Under the pieces are notes generated by a model, which did not search any database, was not told where the DNA came from, and saw only the letters and a program-made list of their open reading frames with translations. The translations under genes and the position numbers were made by a program. Of a stretch of 64,000 nt of DNA, positions 35,187 through 44,659 are shown piece by piece. The number at the start of each line of letters is the position of its first letter. Positions within the stretch are counted from its first letter, which is position 1. Source of the DNA: Nitrospirota bacterium (GTDB lineage: Bacteria > Nitrospirota > Nitrospiria > 2-01-FULL-66-17); the NCBI GenBank assembly GCA_016201825.1, contig JACQCD010000121.1, forward strand, positions 1,753 to 65,752, written 5' to 3'.

Positions 35187-35872
35187 TGGCGCGCGAGTTG
35201 ATCGTCGCGATTGACGGGCCTTCGGCCTCCGGGAAAAGCAGCGCCGGCACGCTCGTCGCGCGGCGCCTCGGCTATCTCTACGTGGAGAGCGGCGCCTTTT
35301 ATCGCGCGCTGGGGTGGAAGGTCCGCGCGTGCGGGGTCGATCCGGCGGACGACGCCGCGCTGCAGAAACTCTCCGAGACGACCGTAATAGACGTGGTGCG
35401 GACGTCCAACGGCGCCAAAATTTTGGTGGATCAGCGCGACGTGACCGACGACCTTCGGACGCCCGAGATGAGCCGGATCGCGGCGCAGATCGCGTCGAAC
35501 CCGCTCGTCCGCGAGCCGATGCTGAAGATCCAGCGCGCGATGGCCAATACCGGCGGGGTGGTGATGGAGGGGCGGGATATCGGCACCGTCGTCTTCCCCC
35601 AGGCCGACGTGAAATTCTATCTGGACGCCGATCCCGGCGTGCGGGGGAAACGGCGGTACCAGGAGCTGGCGGCCAAAGGGTTGCCGGTCGACTTGCAGAC
35701 CACCATTGAGGAGATCATGGCCCGGGACCGCAAAGACATGAACCGCACGGTTGCGCCGTTGCGGAAAGCGGACGACGCGATCGCGATCGACTCCACGGGC
35801 TTGACCTTGGATGAGGTGGTCGATAGAATGGTGGTCGCCGTAGAACGGCGACGAACCGCGATCACGCGGTAG
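35186..35872 (+). CDS. cmk: cytidylate kinase
   Basis: MARELIVAIDGPSASGKSS… The ATG overlaps the aroA stop (TGATG). Confidence 0.92.
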   Translation: MARELIVAIDGPSASGKSSAGTLVARRLGYLYVESGAFYRALGWKVRACGVDPADDAALQKLSETTVIDVVRTSNGAKILVDQRDVTDDLRTPEMSRIAAQIASNPLVREPMLKIQRAMANTGGVVMEGRDIGTVVFPQADVKFYLDADPGVRGKRRYQELAAKGLPVDLQTTIEEIMARDRKDMNRTVAPLRKADDAIAIDSTGLTLDEVVDRMVVAVERRRTAITR

Positions 35873-35876
35873 CGCG

Positions 35877-36539
35877 GTGTTGTACGAGATCGCGTACCCG
35901 GTGGTGTCGGTGGTGGCCCGCTGGTGTTGCTCTCTGGAGGTCGTGGGGCGCGAGAAGGTCCCGACCGGGGGCGGAGTAATCGTCGCCGCCAACCACGTCA
36001 GCTACCTGGATATTCCCATTGTGGGGTGTGCCCTCGCCAGGCGCGCGGACTTTCTGGCGAAGGCCGAGTTGTTTCGGACCCCGGTCGTCGGCTGGCTCTT
36101 CCGGCGGTTGGGCGGGGTGCCGATTCGGCGAGGGGGGCTTGATCGGGCCGCGCTCGCCGAGGTGCAGCGGCGTCTGGCCCAGGGACGGCTGGTGGTGATG
36201 TACCCCGAGGGCACGCGCAGCCCGGACGAACGGTTGCAGGACGCCAAGCCGGGGATCGGGATGTTGGTCGCGCGCACCGGGGTCCCGGTCGTACCGGCAT
36301 ACGTGGCGGGAACGGGCGAGGCCTGGCCGCCCGGCGCACGGTGGTTGCGTTGCCGGCCGATCACCGTGATCTTCGGCGAGCCGATGACGTGGGGCGGTCC
36401 ACAGGCAGAGTGGGAAGAGAACGACGTGACGAAACGACGATACCAACGAATCAGCGACGAGATCATGTCGAGCATCGCCGCGTTGCAGCGACAGGCGCGC
36501 ACGAGGCGGATTACTCACCCTTCACCGCAGTTGAACTAG
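35877..36539 (+). CDS. plsC: 1-acyl-sn-glycerol-3-phosphate acyltransferase
   Basis: VAANHVSYLDIP (HxxxxD motif) and YPEGTRS. Confidence 0.85.
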   Translation: MLYEIAYPVVSVVARWCCSLEVVGREKVPTGGGVIVAANHVSYLDIPIVGCALARRADFLAKAELFRTPVVGWLFRRLGGVPIRRGGLDRAALAEVQRRLAQGRLVVMYPEGTRSPDERLQDAKPGIGMLVARTGVPVVPAYVAGTGEAWPPGARWLRCRPITVIFGEPMTWGGPQAEWEENDVTKRRYQRISDEIMSSIAALQRQARTRRITHPSPQLN

Positions 36540-36554
36540 AGAGGAACTACGCGC

Positions 36555-38222
36555 ATGGCCATCACGCAATCGGAAACCGAGTCGGTCAGAAAACCCTTCC
36601 AAAAAGGCACCGAATTGACGGAGATGGAGTTGATGTATGCCGAGACCTTCAAGCAATTGGAGGAAGGCAGCATCGTGGAGGGGACCGTTGTGGCCGTCCA
36701 GGCCGAGGGCGTGGTCGTCGATATCGGGTATAAATCGGAGGGCATCGTGCCCCGCGAGGAGTTCGCTCCCGAGGAGCTGAACGCCGTGAAGGTCGGCGAC
36801 CGGTTCCTGGTCTACTTGGAGGAGCGGGAAGACAGCGACGGCAACATGATCCTCTCCAAGGAAAAGGCCGACCGGATGAAGATCTGGGGGGATCTCGAAC
36901 GGATCTCCGAAAAGGGCGAGGTGATCGAAGGCAAGGTCCTCAATAAGATCAAGGGCGGCATGATGGTCGACATCGGGATCAAGGCATTCTTGCCGGGGTC
37001 GCAGATCGACTTGCGGCCGGTGCGGGATCTCGATTCGCTGATCGGTAAGACCTACCAGATGAAGATCATCAAGATGAATCACCGACGCAGCAACGTGGTC
37101 GTCTCGCGCCGCGTGGTGCTCGAGGAGAATCGCGACCGGCGCAAACAGCAGGCGATGGCCACCCTCCAAGAGGGCCAGATCATCGACGGGCAGGTCAAGA
37201 ACATCACCGATTACGGCGCGTTCATCGACCTGGGCGGCATCGACGGCCTCCTCCACATCACCGATATGTCGTGGGGCCGGGTGGCCCATCCCTCGGAGCT
37301 GTTCATGGTGGGCGACCGGGTCAAGGTCATGATTCTCAAATATGACCGTGAGACCGGCCGCATTTCGCTGGGCGTGAAGCAGCTCAAGCCCGATCCGTGG
37401 CAGCAGGTCGAGCAGAAATACGCGGTCGGCTCGCGCGTGCGCGGCAAGGTGGTGAGCCTGGTGGACTACGGCGCGTTCGTGGAGCTGGAGCCCGGCATCG
37501 AGGGGCTCGTCCACATCTCCGAGATGACGTGGTCGCACGAGATCAAGCACCCCTCAAAATTGGTGGCGGTCGGCGACCAAGTCGAGGCCCAGGTGCTCAA
37601 CGTCGAGCGCAAGGGCCGCAAGATTTCGCTCGGCATGAAGCAGGTCGCGGCCAACCCGTGGGAAGTGGTCGAGGCCAAGTATCCGGTGGGCTCGATCATC
37701 GAGGGGAAGGTGAAGAGCCTCACCGAGTTCGGCGTGTTCGTCGGGCTCGACGAAGGGATCGACGGCCTGATCCACGTGTCGGACCTGTCCTGGACCAAAC
37801 GCGTGACGCATCCGGGCGACCTCTTCAAGAAGGGCCAGGCGGTGAAGGCGGTCGTGCTCCGAGTGGACAAGGACAAGGAGCGGCTGTCGCTGGGCTTCAA
37901 GCAATTGACCCCCGATCCGTGGGAGACCGACATCCCGAAACGCTATCAGGTCGGCCAGGACGTGAACGGGAAAGTCGTGAAGATCACCGATTTCGGGGCC
38001 TTCGTGGAGTGTGAAGACGGCGTGGAAGGGCTGATTCACATGAGCGAGATGAACCTCGAAGGGCAGAAGATCGAGGAGCGCTACAAGGTGGGAGACGAGG
38101 TCACGGCTCGCGTCATCCGCGTGGATTCCGGCGAGCGCAAGATCGCCCTCAGCATTCGCGAACAGGTTGGAGACTGGGGGTTGCCCGAGGGTGATGAGCA
38201 GCATGCTCCGAAAAAGCGGTAG
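36555..38222 (+). CDS. rpsA: 30S ribosomal protein S1
   Basis: 555 aa with repeated S1 domains (…GTVVAVQAEGVVVDIGYKSEG…, …ITDYGAFIDLGGIDGLLHI…). Confidence 0.96.
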   Translation: MAITQSETESVRKPFQKGTELTEMELMYAETFKQLEEGSIVEGTVVAVQAEGVVVDIGYKSEGIVPREEFAPEELNAVKVGDRFLVYLEEREDSDGNMILSKEKADRMKIWGDLERISEKGEVIEGKVLNKIKGGMMVDIGIKAFLPGSQIDLRPVRDLDSLIGKTYQMKIIKMNHRRSNVVVSRRVVLEENRDRRKQQAMATLQEGQIIDGQVKNITDYGAFIDLGGIDGLLHITDMSWGRVAHPSELFMVGDRVKVMILKYDRETGRISLGVKQLKPDPWQQVEQKYAVGSRVRGKVVSLVDYGAFVELEPGIEGLVHISEMTWSHEIKHPSKLVAVGDQVEAQVLNVERKGRKISLGMKQVAANPWEVVEAKYPVGSIIEGKVKSLTEFGVFVGLDEGIDGLIHVSDLSWTKRVTHPGDLFKKGQAVKAVVLRVDKDKERLSLGFKQLTPDPWETDIPKRYQVGQDVNGKVVKITDFGAFVECEDGVEGLIHMSEMNLEGQKIEERYKVGDEVTARVIRVDSGERKIALSIREQVGDWGLPEGDEQHAPKKR

Positions 38223-38264
38223 GGGGCGGAATCCCGTGCGTCGTGGGGTAGGGGGCATTCGCTG

Positions 38265-39149
38265 ATGGCGCGTCGTCCGCTCGTGACGGGATTGCTGCTG
38301 TTCCTCGTGCTCGCGGTGGCCTTCTTCCTCGGGACGTACCTCACCGCGTGGTTTATGGAGCGTCCGCCGTCGGGTTCCGACCAGATCGCCTTGGTCCGTA
38401 TCGAAGGGGTGATTCTCAGCGCCGACGAGCCGGTCGAGCAGCTTCGGACGTTCGCCGAGAATCCGGCGATCAAAGCCATCCTGATTCGGATCGACAGCCC
38501 GGGAGGCGCCGTGGTGCCCTCCCAGGAAATTTACGACGAGGTCAAGAAGATCCGCGCCGAGGGCAAGCAAAAGGTCGTCGTGTCGATGGGGACGGTCGCC
38601 GCGTCCGGAGGGTATTACATCGCGGCCGCGTCGGACAAGATCGTGGCCAACCCCGGAACGCTCACCGGCAGCATCGGCGTTATCATGGAGCTCCCCAACT
38701 TCGAAGGGCTCATGAAGAAAATCGGCGTGGAAGCCACGGTGATCAAGAGCGGGGCGCACAAGGACTTAGTCTCGCCGTTCCGCGCGATGGGCCAGGAGGA
38801 GCGCCAAATCCTCCAGCGGGTGATGGACGACGTGCACGATCAGTTCATTCAAGCGGTTTCCGACGGACGCGGCCTCGAGAAGGCGGCCGTGACCGCGATC
38901 GCCGACGGCCAGGTGTTCACCGGACGGCAAGCGAAGGAGAAGGGCCTGGTCGACGAGATCGGGAGCTTCGAGGACGCGATCAAGCTCACCGGTGAGCTGG
39001 CCGGCATCGTCGGCCGGCCGTCGGTCGTGGAGCCGAAGCGGCCCTTCTCGCTGTCGGAATGGCTCAAGTCGGAATTCCAAGGACAGATCGGGGCCTGGGC
39101 GAACCCCGCGCCGAGCATCCGCCTCAACTACCTCTGGACGTGGGGATAG
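38265..39149 (+). CDS. sppA: signal peptide peptidase SppA (36K type)
   Basis: IALVRIEGVI…IDSPGG…MGTVAASGGYYIA…. Confidence 0.88.
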   Translation: MARRPLVTGLLLFLVLAVAFFLGTYLTAWFMERPPSGSDQIALVRIEGVILSADEPVEQLRTFAENPAIKAILIRIDSPGGAVVPSQEIYDEVKKIRAEGKQKVVVSMGTVAASGGYYIAAASDKIVANPGTLTGSIGVIMELPNFEGLMKKIGVEATVIKSGAHKDLVSPFRAMGQEERQILQRVMDDVHDQFIQAVSDGRGLEKAAVTAIADGQVFTGRQAKEKGLVDEIGSFEDAIKLTGELAGIVGRPSVVEPKRPFSLSEWLKSEFQGQIGAWANPAPSIRLNYLWTWG

Positions 39150-39153
39150 GACG

Positions 39154-39432
39154 ATGACCAAGGCTGAGTTGATCGAAGAGGTGGCGGGCAAGGTCAAAGG
39201 CCTGACGAAGCGGCAGACCGAGATCATCATCAACGCGATCCTGGACGGCGTCAAAGAGACGCTGGCGCGTGGCGACAAAATCGAGATCCGGGGATTCGGC
39301 AGCTTTCGCCTCCGCAACCGTCGCACTCGCGAAGGCCGCAACCCCAAGACCGGAATGACCGTCCAAGTGCCCGCCAAACACGTGCCGTTCTTCAAAGCCG
39401 GCAAAGAATTAAAGGAATTGGTCGACCGCTAA
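39154..39432 (+). CDS. ihfB: integration host factor beta-like (HU/IHF family)
   Basis: MTKAELIEEVAGK…IEIRGFGSFRLRNRRTREGRNPKTG…VPFFKAGKELKELV. Confidence 0.88.
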   Translation: MTKAELIEEVAGKVKGLTKRQTEIIINAILDGVKETLARGDKIEIRGFGSFRLRNRRTREGRNPKTGMTVQVPAKHVPFFKAGKELKELVDR

Positions 39433-39546
39433 GCCGATCGTCGACGAGGCCGACGGTTTCCCCGCGGTCCTCGTGCGTTCCGTAATTCCCCCCGCCATGC
39501 CCGGGGCCAGGCCAGACAACTGGACGACCTACGTCTTGCGTGTCGG

Positions 39547-39993
39547 CTAGTCCTGCACGAGCAAGATAAAATCGCGATTAAGGTAGGCGACCGTGCGGGA
39601 TTGAAAGAGCGGCAGGAACCGAAGCGACTGGTTGAAATAATCCCGTACCCGTGTTGATGCCTCCGGGAGGTTGACGAAGATCGCGCCGCGGAGTTCGCCG
39701 TGGGTCGTCGTCACCCGGACCGCGTAGCGCTTGCCCAAGGTGACGAGATCGTCCCGTTCGCGATCGGCCGGCAGCGTCACCGACACGATATGGGCTCGAT
39801 GGAGGAGTAGCACCCCCTTCTCGGTCTTGACCGGGATGAAGGCCGCCTCCTCGTTGAGTAATTCGCCGACGCGCTGAGGGCCGAGGTGGTGCGGATCGCA
39901 CAGGCCGACGAACACGTCGCCGCGGATCTCGCGCCCGTCGGAGAGGACGAGCCGGGCGTGCCGGAGGGCCTTCTGAATCCGGCGCTCATCCAT
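39547..39993 (-). CDS. hypothetical protein built from two copies of a roughly 60-aa module, translationally coupled to pilT
   Basis: 148 aa. The start overlaps the pilT stop by 8 nt. Repeat: …GREIRGDVFVGL…RVGELLN…FIPV…LLHRAHIVSV versus …GELRGAIFVNL…RVRDYFN…FLPL…YLNRDFILLV. Confidence 0.6.
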   Translation of the reverse strand: MDERRIQKALRHARLVLSDGREIRGDVFVGLCDPHHLGPQRVGELLNEEAAFIPVKTEKGVLLLHRAHIVSVTLPADRERDDLVTLGKRYAVRVTTTHGELRGAIFVNLPEASTRVRDYFNQSLRFLPLFQSRTVAYLNRDFILLVQD

Positions 39994-41056
39994 TCGCGGC
40001 CTTCAACGCCGGTTGGGCGAAGAGCGCCTTGTTCACCGCGAACTTCTGCGCCTCTTCGATCGTCACCTTCTTTGCGACGACCAGGGCTTGGATCGCCTGA
40101 TCCATGAGCTGCATGCCCTCGGCCTTGCCGGTCTGGATGACCGACGGAATCTGAAACGTCTTTCCCTCGCGGATGAGGTTGGACACCGCGACCGTCACCG
40201 CGAGAATCTCCAGCGCCGCGCAGCGCTTGCCGTCCACGGTCTTGAGCAAATTCTGGGCGATCACGCCCTTGAGCGATTCGGCGAGCATCGCACGGATCTG
40301 CTCCTGCTGGCCGGTGGGGAAGACGTTGATGATGCGGTCCACCGTCTTGGCGGCGCTGCTGGTATGCAGGGTGCCGAACACGAGGTGGCCGGTCTCCGCC
40401 GCCGTGATCGCGAGCTCGATCGTCTCCAGATCGCGCATCTCGCCGACCAAGATGATGTCCGGGTCCTCGCGCAGAGCGGCCCGCAGGGCCGAGGCGAAGG
40501 ACCGCGTGTGTCGTCCCACCTCGCGCTGGTTGATCAGGCTCTTCTGACTGGTGTGGACGAACTCGATGGGGTCCTCCACGGTCAGGATGTGCGCCTGCTC
40601 GGTCTTGTTGATGTGATCGATGAGCGCCGCGAGCGTCGTGGATTTGCCGCTCCCGGTCGCGCCCGTGACCACGATCAGGCCCTTCTTGTACGTGGTAAAC
40701 CGAAGGACGGTGGGCGGCAGCCCCAGTTGCTCGACCGTCAAGATCTGGGTCGGAATCAAGCGAAACACCGCGCTCATCCCCAGCCGGCCGCAGAACACGT
40801 TGGCGCGGAACCGCGCGGCCAGCGCGGGGACCTCGTACGCGAAGTCGATATCGTGGGTCTCCTCGAATTGTTTTTGCTGCTCGGGGCTCATCATTTCAAC
40901 GAGCAACGCCTGGTTCTGGGCGTGAGTCAACTTCTGGGGGAGCAACGGGACCAAGTCTCCCGTGACCCGCATGAGCGGTGGATTGTCGGGCGAGAGGTGG
41001 AGGTCGGATCCTTTCTTGTCGCGGAGTACTCGAAACAACTCGTCGATGCGCGCCAT
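39986..41056 (-). CDS. pilT: type IV pilus retraction ATPase PilT
   Basis: SDLHLSPDNPPLMRV…VTGATGSGKSTTLAA…ILVGEMRDLETI…TGHLVFGTLHT. Confidence 0.92.
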   Translation of the reverse strand: MARIDELFRVLRDKKGSDLHLSPDNPPLMRVTGDLVPLLPQKLTHAQNQALLVEMMSPEQQKQFEETHDIDFAYEVPALAARFRANVFCGRLGMSAVFRLIPTQILTVEQLGLPPTVLRFTTYKKGLIVVTGATGSGKSTTLAALIDHINKTEQAHILTVEDPIEFVHTSQKSLINQREVGRHTRSFASALRAALREDPDIILVGEMRDLETIELAITAAETGHLVFGTLHTSSAAKTVDRIINVFPTGQQEQIRAMLAESLKGVIAQNLLKTVDGKRCAALEILAVTVAVSNLIREGKTFQIPSVIQTGKAEGMQLMDQAIQALVVAKKVTIEEAQKFAVNKALFAQPALKAANG

Positions 41057-41224
41057 ACGGACCCTCGGGCTGGACTGGACATCGTAAATGTAGCAGATGA
41101 TGACGAATCTGATGAGGGGTGAGAAACAACGAAACGGGCAGTGGCAAAGTGAGACCTGGTCCTACGAGGTCGGGACCACTCAGACGAGTGGCGAACGACG
41201 CCCGAGGTCTCATTGCCACGCGTC

Positions 41225-42028
41225 CTATTCTCCCACCTGCACCAGCAGCCCGCGCCGCCGGGCCACGCGGAACATCCAGAGGAACACGGCGATCCCGCCC
41301 GCCAGGTAGAGCACGTTGAGCCCCACCGCGTTCCACAAGAGGCCGGCGTCGAAGCGCTGCTCCAGCATCACGACGCGCATGCCTTCGAAGACGTGGGCGG
41401 CCGGCGTGGCCAGGGCGACGGGGCGCAGCCACGGCGGAAGGACGGAGACCGGGTAGAAGACAGCCGCGACCGGTTGGAAGAGGAAGATCACCGCCCACGC
41501 GAGGCTCTCCGCCCCTTGGCCGAAACGTAGAATCATCGCGGACACCACGAGGCCGATGGCCCACCCCATGACCAGCAGATTGCAAAAGAACGCGACCAGG
41601 GCGAGTCCCATGCTAAAGAGGTTGTAGTGGTACAGGGCCAGCGCCAGCGCGGTCATGAACGTGGCCGTGACCACGGTGCGGATGAGTCCCACGATCACCT
41701 GGCCGATCATGAATTCGAGCGGCGTGAGGGGACTGACGAAGAGGTTGGCGAGGTTGCGTGACCAGACCTCCTCGAGAAACGCCAGCGAGACCCCGATCTG
41801 AGCCCTGAACAGGATATCCCAGAGAATGAGAGCGCCGAGGAAGAGCGCGACGACGTTGGGCAGGCCGGGGCCCAGGTCGCGCAGGTACAGGGTCAAAAAT
41901 CCCCACACGAGCAATTCCATCGCCGGCCAGTAGACCAGCTCGACCACCCGGGTCCACGAACTGCGGTAAAGGTAGTAGTGCCGCAGCACGAGCGCGAAGA
42001 CCCGCGAGGCGCTTCCCGCGCGTCTCAT
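41225..42028 (-). CDS. ABC-2 type transporter permease
   Basis: MRRAGSASRVFALVLRHYYLYRSSW…, 6 TM. The ATG at 42028 overlaps the ATPase stop (ATGA). Confidence 0.85.
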   Translation of the reverse strand: MRRAGSASRVFALVLRHYYLYRSSWTRVVELVYWPAMELLVWGFLTLYLRDLGPGLPNVVALFLGALILWDILFRAQIGVSLAFLEEVWSRNLANLFVSPLTPLEFMIGQVIVGLIRTVVTATFMTALALALYHYNLFSMGLALVAFFCNLLVMGWAIGLVVSAMILRFGQGAESLAWAVIFLFQPVAAVFYPVSVLPPWLRPVALATPAAHVFEGMRVVMLEQRFDAGLLWNAVGLNVLYLAGGIAVFLWMFRVARRRGLLVQVGE

Positions 42029-42783
42029 GAGCCGCGCTCCGATCCCGTGGAGAGAGGGCCGGACCTGGCGATGTCCAGGAAGACGTCCTCCAACGTCGCG
42101 CGCCCGTAACGACGAAGCAGGGCGGCTGGAGCGCCCTCGGCCACGGCTTGCCCCTGCTTGAGCACGATCACGCGGTCGCACAGCCGCTCCACCTCGGGCA
42201 TGTTGTGCGAGCTAATGAGCAGGGCCGCTCCGGTCCGCGTGCGGTAGGCGGCCAGCCAGCTCCGCACCTTGTCGGCGACATCGGGGTCGAGGCTCGCGGT
42301 GGGCTCGTCCAAGAGCAGCAATTCTGGATCGTTGATCAAGGCCTTGGCCAGGGCGACGCGCGTTTTCTGTCCGGAGGAGAGGTTGCCGTACCGCGTGTCC
42401 AACAGGTTGGTGATCTCCAAGTGGTCGCACAGGGCGGCGATCCGCTCGGCGAGCTTGGGCACGCCGTACAGGCGTCCGTACACGGTGAGGTTCTGCCGCA
42501 CGGTCAGCCGATGCGGCAGGTCCACGTATGGCGACGAGAAGTTCACCCGCGAGAGCGTTGCGTGCCGCGCTCGAGCGACATCGAGGCCGAAAAGAGTGAT
42601 CCGCCCCACAGTGGGGGTGACCAGATCGAGGAGCATGGCGATCGTGGTGGTCTTGCCCGCGCCGTTCGCGCCCAAGAGGCCGAGGATTTCGTTCCGGTGC
42701 AGGGTGAACGAGAGATCCCGTACCGCCCACGCGTGGTGAAATCGCTTGCTCACGCGCTCGACCCGCACGATCTCTTCATTCAT
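42025..42783 (-). CDS. ABC transporter ATP-binding protein
   Basis: GLLGANGAGKTTT (Walker A), LSSGQKTRVALA (signature), LLLLDEPTASLD (Walker B). Confidence 0.92.
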   Translation of the reverse strand: MNEEIVRVERVSKRFHHAWAVRDLSFTLHRNEILGLLGANGAGKTTTIAMLLDLVTPTVGRITLFGLDVARARHATLSRVNFSSPYVDLPHRLTVRQNLTVYGRLYGVPKLAERIAALCDHLEITNLLDTRYGNLSSGQKTRVALAKALINDPELLLLDEPTASLDPDVADKVRSWLAAYRTRTGAALLISSHNMPEVERLCDRVIVLKQGQAVAEGAPAALLRRYGRATLEDVFLDIARSGPLSTGSERGS

Positions 42784-42966
42784 CGAAGGCAAGCAACAAT
42801 CATCTCAAGCACGGCGGACCTCGGTCGGGAGCGTGGCGGGGTGTATCCGAGTGAGTGCTGTGTTGTAGCAAAGGGGCCGCCCGGGGTCAAGTCGCGCGGC
42901 GGCGAGACTCCGATTGCGTGCTCGGGTGGTGATGCGCTATATATGTGGCTCCTTGGGAGGTCGACG

Positions 42967-44034
42967 ATGAAACTGTGGAGGAGGGGATCCCTGGTTGTGG
43001 CCGTGATCGGATTGTTCTGCGCAGACGCCATCGGCGCGCCGCCGGATCCGGATGAAGCCATCAACATTCGGGTCTACAGCGGGGCTCGCGACAGCGTCGT
43101 CAACATCACCAACGTCGCGATCGACTACGACATCTTCTTCGAACCGTACGCCAGCGCGTCGACGGGGTCGGGCGTGGTGATCGACACGCAGGGCCACATC
43201 GTCACCAATAACCACGTGGTCGAGAAGGCGTCGCAGCTCGAAGTGACGCTGGCCGATGAGAGCAAGTGGCCGGCGAAGGTGGTGGGAACCGACCCCTCCA
43301 CCGATCTCGCGGTCATCCTCATCAAGGCGCCGGCCGATCGACTCCACCCGCTCCCCTTCGGCGACTCGATCGATCTCAAGGTCGGTCAAAAAGTGCTCGC
43401 GATCGGCAACCCGTTCGGGCTCGAACAATCGCTCACTACCGGCATCGTCAGCTCGATCCGCCGCTATCTCAAGATCAACGAGATCGAGATGGAACGCGTG
43501 ATCCAGACCGACGCGGCCATCAACCCTGGCAATTCCGGCGGGCCCCTCTTGGACAGCGACGGACGGCTGATCGGGATCAACACCGCGATTTTCAGCCCCT
43601 CCGGCGGGAACGTGGGGATCGGCTTCGCGGTCCCGGTGGACACGGTCAAGCGCGTGGCCAAGGAACTGGTGGAGAAGGGATACGTCTCGTACGCGTGGTT
43701 GGGCGTGGAAATGCAAACGCTGATTCCCGGCTACGCCGAAGCCCTCCACCTCCCGATTGATCGCGGTGTCATGATCGGCCGCATCGTCCGCAAAGGACCG
43801 GGGGATCAAGCCGGTCTGCGCGGGGGCTCTGCCCGGGTCATCGTGGGCAACACCCGCCTGATCGTCGGCGGCGACGTCATCGTCGAGGCCGACGGCCAGG
43901 CCATTGCGTCGTCGGAAGAACTCCAGCGGATCTTGCGCGGGAAGAAGCCTGGGGACACGGTACGATTCACGGTGGTGCGAGACGGCAAACGAACGACGCT
44001 GTCGGTGACGCTTGGCGAGCGTCCGGTGGGGTGA
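42967..44034 (+). CDS. htrA: HtrA/DegP-family serine protease with PDZ domain
   Basis: RBS GGGAGG. …TNNHVV…DLAVI…GNSGGPLLD… The upstream part of ORF 42148..44034 is antisense to the ABC gene. Confidence 0.9.
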   Translation: MKLWRRGSLVVAVIGLFCADAIGAPPDPDEAINIRVYSGARDSVVNITNVAIDYDIFFEPYASASTGSGVVIDTQGHIVTNNHVVEKASQLEVTLADESKWPAKVVGTDPSTDLAVILIKAPADRLHPLPFGDSIDLKVGQKVLAIGNPFGLEQSLTTGIVSSIRRYLKINEIEMERVIQTDAAINPGNSGGPLLDSDGRLIGINTAIFSPSGGNVGIGFAVPVDTVKRVAKELVEKGYVSYAWLGVEMQTLIPGYAEALHLPIDRGVMIGRIVRKGPGDQAGLRGGSARVIVGNTRLIVGGDVIVEADGQAIASSEELQRILRGKKPGDTVRFTVVRDGKRTTLSVTLGERPVG

Positions 44035-44037
44035 CCC

Positions 44038-44433
44038 ATGCACATCACACACAACCCCGGGTTCCTCAAGCTGGTCGAGGGGGCCAAACAGCGCATCCGC
44101 GAGTGTTCGATCGCCGAGGTGAAGGCGAGACTGGATCGCGGAGAGACCTTCCACTTTATCGACATCCGAGAGGACCGCGAGGTGGCCAAGGACTTTGCCG
44201 CCGGCGCGCGGCACCTCGGCCGCGGTGTTCTGGAACGCGATATCGAAGAGATCATCCCGGAGAAGCACGCCGAGATCGTCCTCTACTGCGGCGGTGGGTT
44301 TCGCTCCGCGCTGTCCGCGGACAGCTTGCAGCAGATGGGCTACACCAACGTGAAGTCCATGTCCGGCGGGATCCGGGCCTGGCGCGAGGCGGGGTATCCA
44401 GTGGTGCGGGACGAGAAGCGACGCGATCGCTAG
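44038..44433 (+). CDS. rhodanese-domain sulfurtransferase
   Basis: 131 aa. Active-site loop LYCGGGFRS. Confidence 0.85.
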   Translation: MHITHNPGFLKLVEGAKQRIRECSIAEVKARLDRGETFHFIDIREDREVAKDFAAGARHLGRGVLERDIEEIIPEKHAEIVLYCGGGFRSALSADSLQQMGYTNVKSMSGGIRAWREAGYPVVRDEKRRDR

Positions 44434-44659
44434 GAGCCCGTCCCGGGATGGCCATCTGCCGCGTTACACGGTGATAAGGTGGCTCGGCAGTTTGGGTTCG
44501 GCTATTCGGGCGTGAGTCGGCGGGTGGCGGCGGTCGAGGCGAGGCTCCGAAGGGAGCCTCAATGGTGCACCAGAGGGAGGATTCTCCTGAATGCCAAATT
44601 CAAGACGTGAACCCGGCTGGTTTGCACGTTTTCGGATTCTGAATATTTCCCGTAAGAGC

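Noticed and set aside
36522-38759. 342-aa and 401-aa ORFs antisense to rpsA/sppA
   Set aside because: They are shadow frames of strongly supported genes and carry no motifs.
41110-41150. GCCACTG 'B12-box-like' heptamer upstream of pilT (minus strand)
   Set aside because: It is an isolated heptamer without the rest of the cobalamin riboswitch core, and the context (pilT) has no link to cobalamin.
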